Below, piece after piece: positions 61,907 through 64,000 of a stretch of 64,000 nt of DNA. The translations under genes were made by a program, and so were the position numbers. The notes under the pieces were generated by a model. That model searched no databases. It saw nothing but the letters and a program-made list of their open reading frames with translations, and had not been told where the DNA came from. Within the stretch, counting starts at the first letter, position 1, and each line of letters opens with the position of its first letter. Where the stretch lies: assembly GCA_002256025.1 (NCBI GenBank), contig NKIB01012918.1:1-64000 (forward strand). Direction: 5' to 3'. The DNA is from Asterionella formosa. Its lineage: Eukaryota.

Positions 61907-64000
61907 CTATAAAAATCCCCCTTCTTGGCTCCCAAATCTGCGAAGCTTTCGACTTACAATGCCAGCCAATTCTTTTGCGCGAGGAGAAATCGCCGACTCT
62001 TTCAACGATTCGCGAAAGTCACAGCAACTCAAGATTTTTAATCGAACAATCTCCTCGCCACGAATGATGCGTCCATTTGGTCCACCAGATACGCTAAACG
62101 ATTGCAAAAACGTAGCTCGAATTGTTGCCCATGTATCGTCCTTGTCATTACCCTGAGGATCAGTTGTGCTGATATTATAGTCCGTGGATGCCTCTACGGA
62201 TATCATGACGGTGGATTGCCCTTTTCCTCCGTGATTGGAGAGAACTGACATTCGTTGAGCAACCTTGACGGCATCCAATCCAAGAAGTTTGGCGTTATCT
62301 ACCAACGATTCTTCTCCCAAGTTGATGCTGCCAGCTGCGATATCTTGATCGACTTGTTCATCCCTCAAACCCAAGTGAGATAACATGCGAAAGCGATGCT
62401 TCTGGTGAGGCGAGATCGCTGCATTTGTAGCTTTCCCTTTCAATGTACTTTCAAAACAATGAGCCCAAGCCAAAAACTTGCTTTCATCGTCGAACGAGAT
62501 TTGCCGCTCCAAAACTCCTTCTCTGTTTAAGATTGACACCAAAAAAGAGACAAATTCGCAGTCATCGGCGTCCTCTCCCACTTTGGCAGGCTTGGGTTGG
62601 ACTCGTGTCACGTTGACATGGCAATCGATAAGTTTTATTTGTCCTCGTAGTCCATGGGGTCGAGGCAGCTCCTTTTCATAGTAGCTCAGAGTACCCTCAG
62701 ACTTAACAAAGAAACGTTTTTTCCACGGTTTCTGAGGTTTACTTCGAGTCTTTAACCAACCACTTCGATCATTTAGACTATACGAATTACCACTGGTCTT
62801 GTTTGCGACGGCGTGCGCGATTTTCACCTTCCAAGGTTCAGCTTCCAAAGAATTCGGGACAGCGACCACCAAATCATGTTGGTGACAAAGAGTATCAACA
62901 CAAAAATAAGAATCTCCACCGCTGCGAGTACGATTGCCTGAGAGGAGGATGTCCCGAGCAAAAGACAAGGCTTGCAGCTCTGATATAAGATTTCTATTCC
63001 CATTCGAGTGATCGATATCAACAATGTGTAGCGGCGAGGATCGATCAAAACCCATAATATGTCTAGTGAGAGCACCAATGATCTTTTCTGGAGAGTGTCC
63101 ACTTCCCCCTTGAAAGAGATCGCCATTGATGAGCACAGTATCGCGTTGTAAATCTTTCCAAAGCTGATCAACACAAGAGGAGACATTGTCCTCGTGAAAC
63201 GCCTTGTCATTTTCATCTGCAGCTGTGGCTTGTTCTGTAATCCACTGAACTGGCACGTTCAAAGAAGGTCCCATTAGCTTGGAAAGAGCACCAACATACA
63301 ATTTTTTGGTTGTAGAATTCTTTATTTCTTTTTGAATTTTCAAATAGCGTTCAAGATCTTTTCGATAAGGCGATCGCTGCAATTGTCGCTTAAAATTGTA
63401 TTTGTTCTCACTTCCATTGATCTCGCCGCCTCGAGTCAACGAACCACCTACGGTTGCGTCTTGAATCGCTCGCATCCATGCTTGTCGTTCCTCTTTTGAA
63501 TTTGCTGTCCACAGTCGTCGGGGTCCACCTTCTTCAGTGAGCTCAAAAATGGCTCCACCGCTTTGACTCAAAGAATTTTGATTTACCTTGACGGGGCGAC
63601 ACTTCAATGAAGCTGCATTCAAGGGAATATTCTTTCTCACCAATTGGCCTTCTTCGTGTTCGACATCGTCGTAGTATGAGAAGATGCCCTTACGAATCTC
63701 GACATACTTGACTTTCCAAATACCACGCACTAGATGTGACGCCTTCTTCAATGGCCCCGCCTTTACTATGGGTGAATCCGTGTCCATTTCATCGGGCCGA
63801 TATTGATCTCGTTGGGCAAGTAGGGGCAATAAAGCCTTGGCGAATATGCTGTGCTCCATCACAAAATTGCATAACGTGGCTTGCGCCTGTTCCCCCATGA
63901 TCGGAGTCCCTAGATCCGGCATAGACATATCGTTGGTGTTAGCTTTCTTTGCGGTTTGTACGAATGTTGAAAAATTGTCGTCGAAGACACATAATGGTTT
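61907..64000 (-). CDS. Double pleckstrin-homology (PH) domain protein, 5' end probably beyond the window
   Basis: PH1 is KAGPLKK..WKVKYVEIRKGIFSYY..ERQAWMRAI and PH2 is RSGWLKTR..WKKRFFVKSEGTLSYY..RGQIKL..LAW. The frame is open to position 64000. Confidence 0.88.
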   Translation of the reverse strand, partial: KPLCVFDDNFSTFVQTAKKANTNDMSMPDLGTPIMGEQAQATLCNFVMEHSIFAKALLPLLAQRDQYRPDEMDTDSPIVKAGPLKKASHLVRGIWKVKYVEIRKGIFSYYDDVEHEEGQLVRKNIPLNAASLKCRPVKVNQNSLSQSGGAIFELTEEGGPRRLWTANSKEERQAWMRAIQDATVGGSLTRGGEINGSENKYNFKRQLQRSPYRKDLERYLKIQKEIKNSTTKKLYVGALSKLMGPSLNVPVQWITEQATAADENDKAFHEDNVSSCVDQLWKDLQRDTVLINGDLFQGGSGHSPEKIIGALTRHIMGFDRSSPLHIVDIDHSNGNRNLISELQALSFARDILLSGNRTRSGGDSYFCVDTLCHQHDLVVAVPNSLEAEPWKVKIAHAVANKTSGNSYSLNDRSGWLKTRSKPQKPWKKRFFVKSEGTLSYYEKELPRPHGLRGQIKLIDCHVNVTRVQPKPAKVGEDADDCEFVSFLVSILNREGVLERQISFDDESKFLAWAHCFESTLKGKATNAAISPHQKHRFRMLSHLGLRDEQVDQDIAAGSINLGEESLVDNAKLLGLDAVKVAQRMSVLSNHGGKGQSTVMISVEASTDYNISTTDPQGNDKDDTWATIRATFLQSFSVSGGPNGRIIRGEEIVRLKILSCCDFRESLKESAISPRAKELAGIVSRKLRRFGSQEGGFL

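Noticed and set aside
1..64000. tRNA, rRNA or snRNA genes and prokaryotic operons or defence systems
   Set aside because: None were recognisable by eye; a covariance-model scan would be needed to exclude small RNAs

Overview
Eukaryotic nuclear DNA, most likely from a diatom. The evidence is short GT-AG introns, a signal peptide with an 'A|F' plastid-targeting motif, and a diatom CoDi-type Ty1/copia element. About 16 intact host genes sit in small islands, mostly as tail-to-tail pairs: CRAL-TRIO, membrane-anchored glyoxalase-II-like, RPA2, PPCDC, a transposase-derived THAP-like/HTH protein, rhomboid, ERD2-like, a miniature two-pore K+ channel, GT64, a 4-Cys Rieske-fold plastid protein, MsrB-like, ELM2-SANT-PHD, PCF11, NAC-beta, ATP11, a CUE-like protein and a double-PH protein. 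The islands are separated by AT-rich, often CpG-poor blocks of decayed transposons: a two-LTR CoDi copia element with an RT deletion, two other copia relics, a pogo fragment, a CMC/Plavaka-like transposase pseudogene, probable LINE relics and several unclassified TIR repeat families. The most notable unexplained signals are (1) dense palindromic GGTACC/TACCGGTA/CCWGG clusters upstream of almost every host gene, (2) an intact transposase-derived gene without a catalytic domain, (3) a Rieske-fold protein with CxxC...CxxC in place of the His ligands, and (4) a TTAA/TTAG-GGTTGC-ended element family with an amplified terminus. All calls were made by eye from the sequence; no database searches were run.
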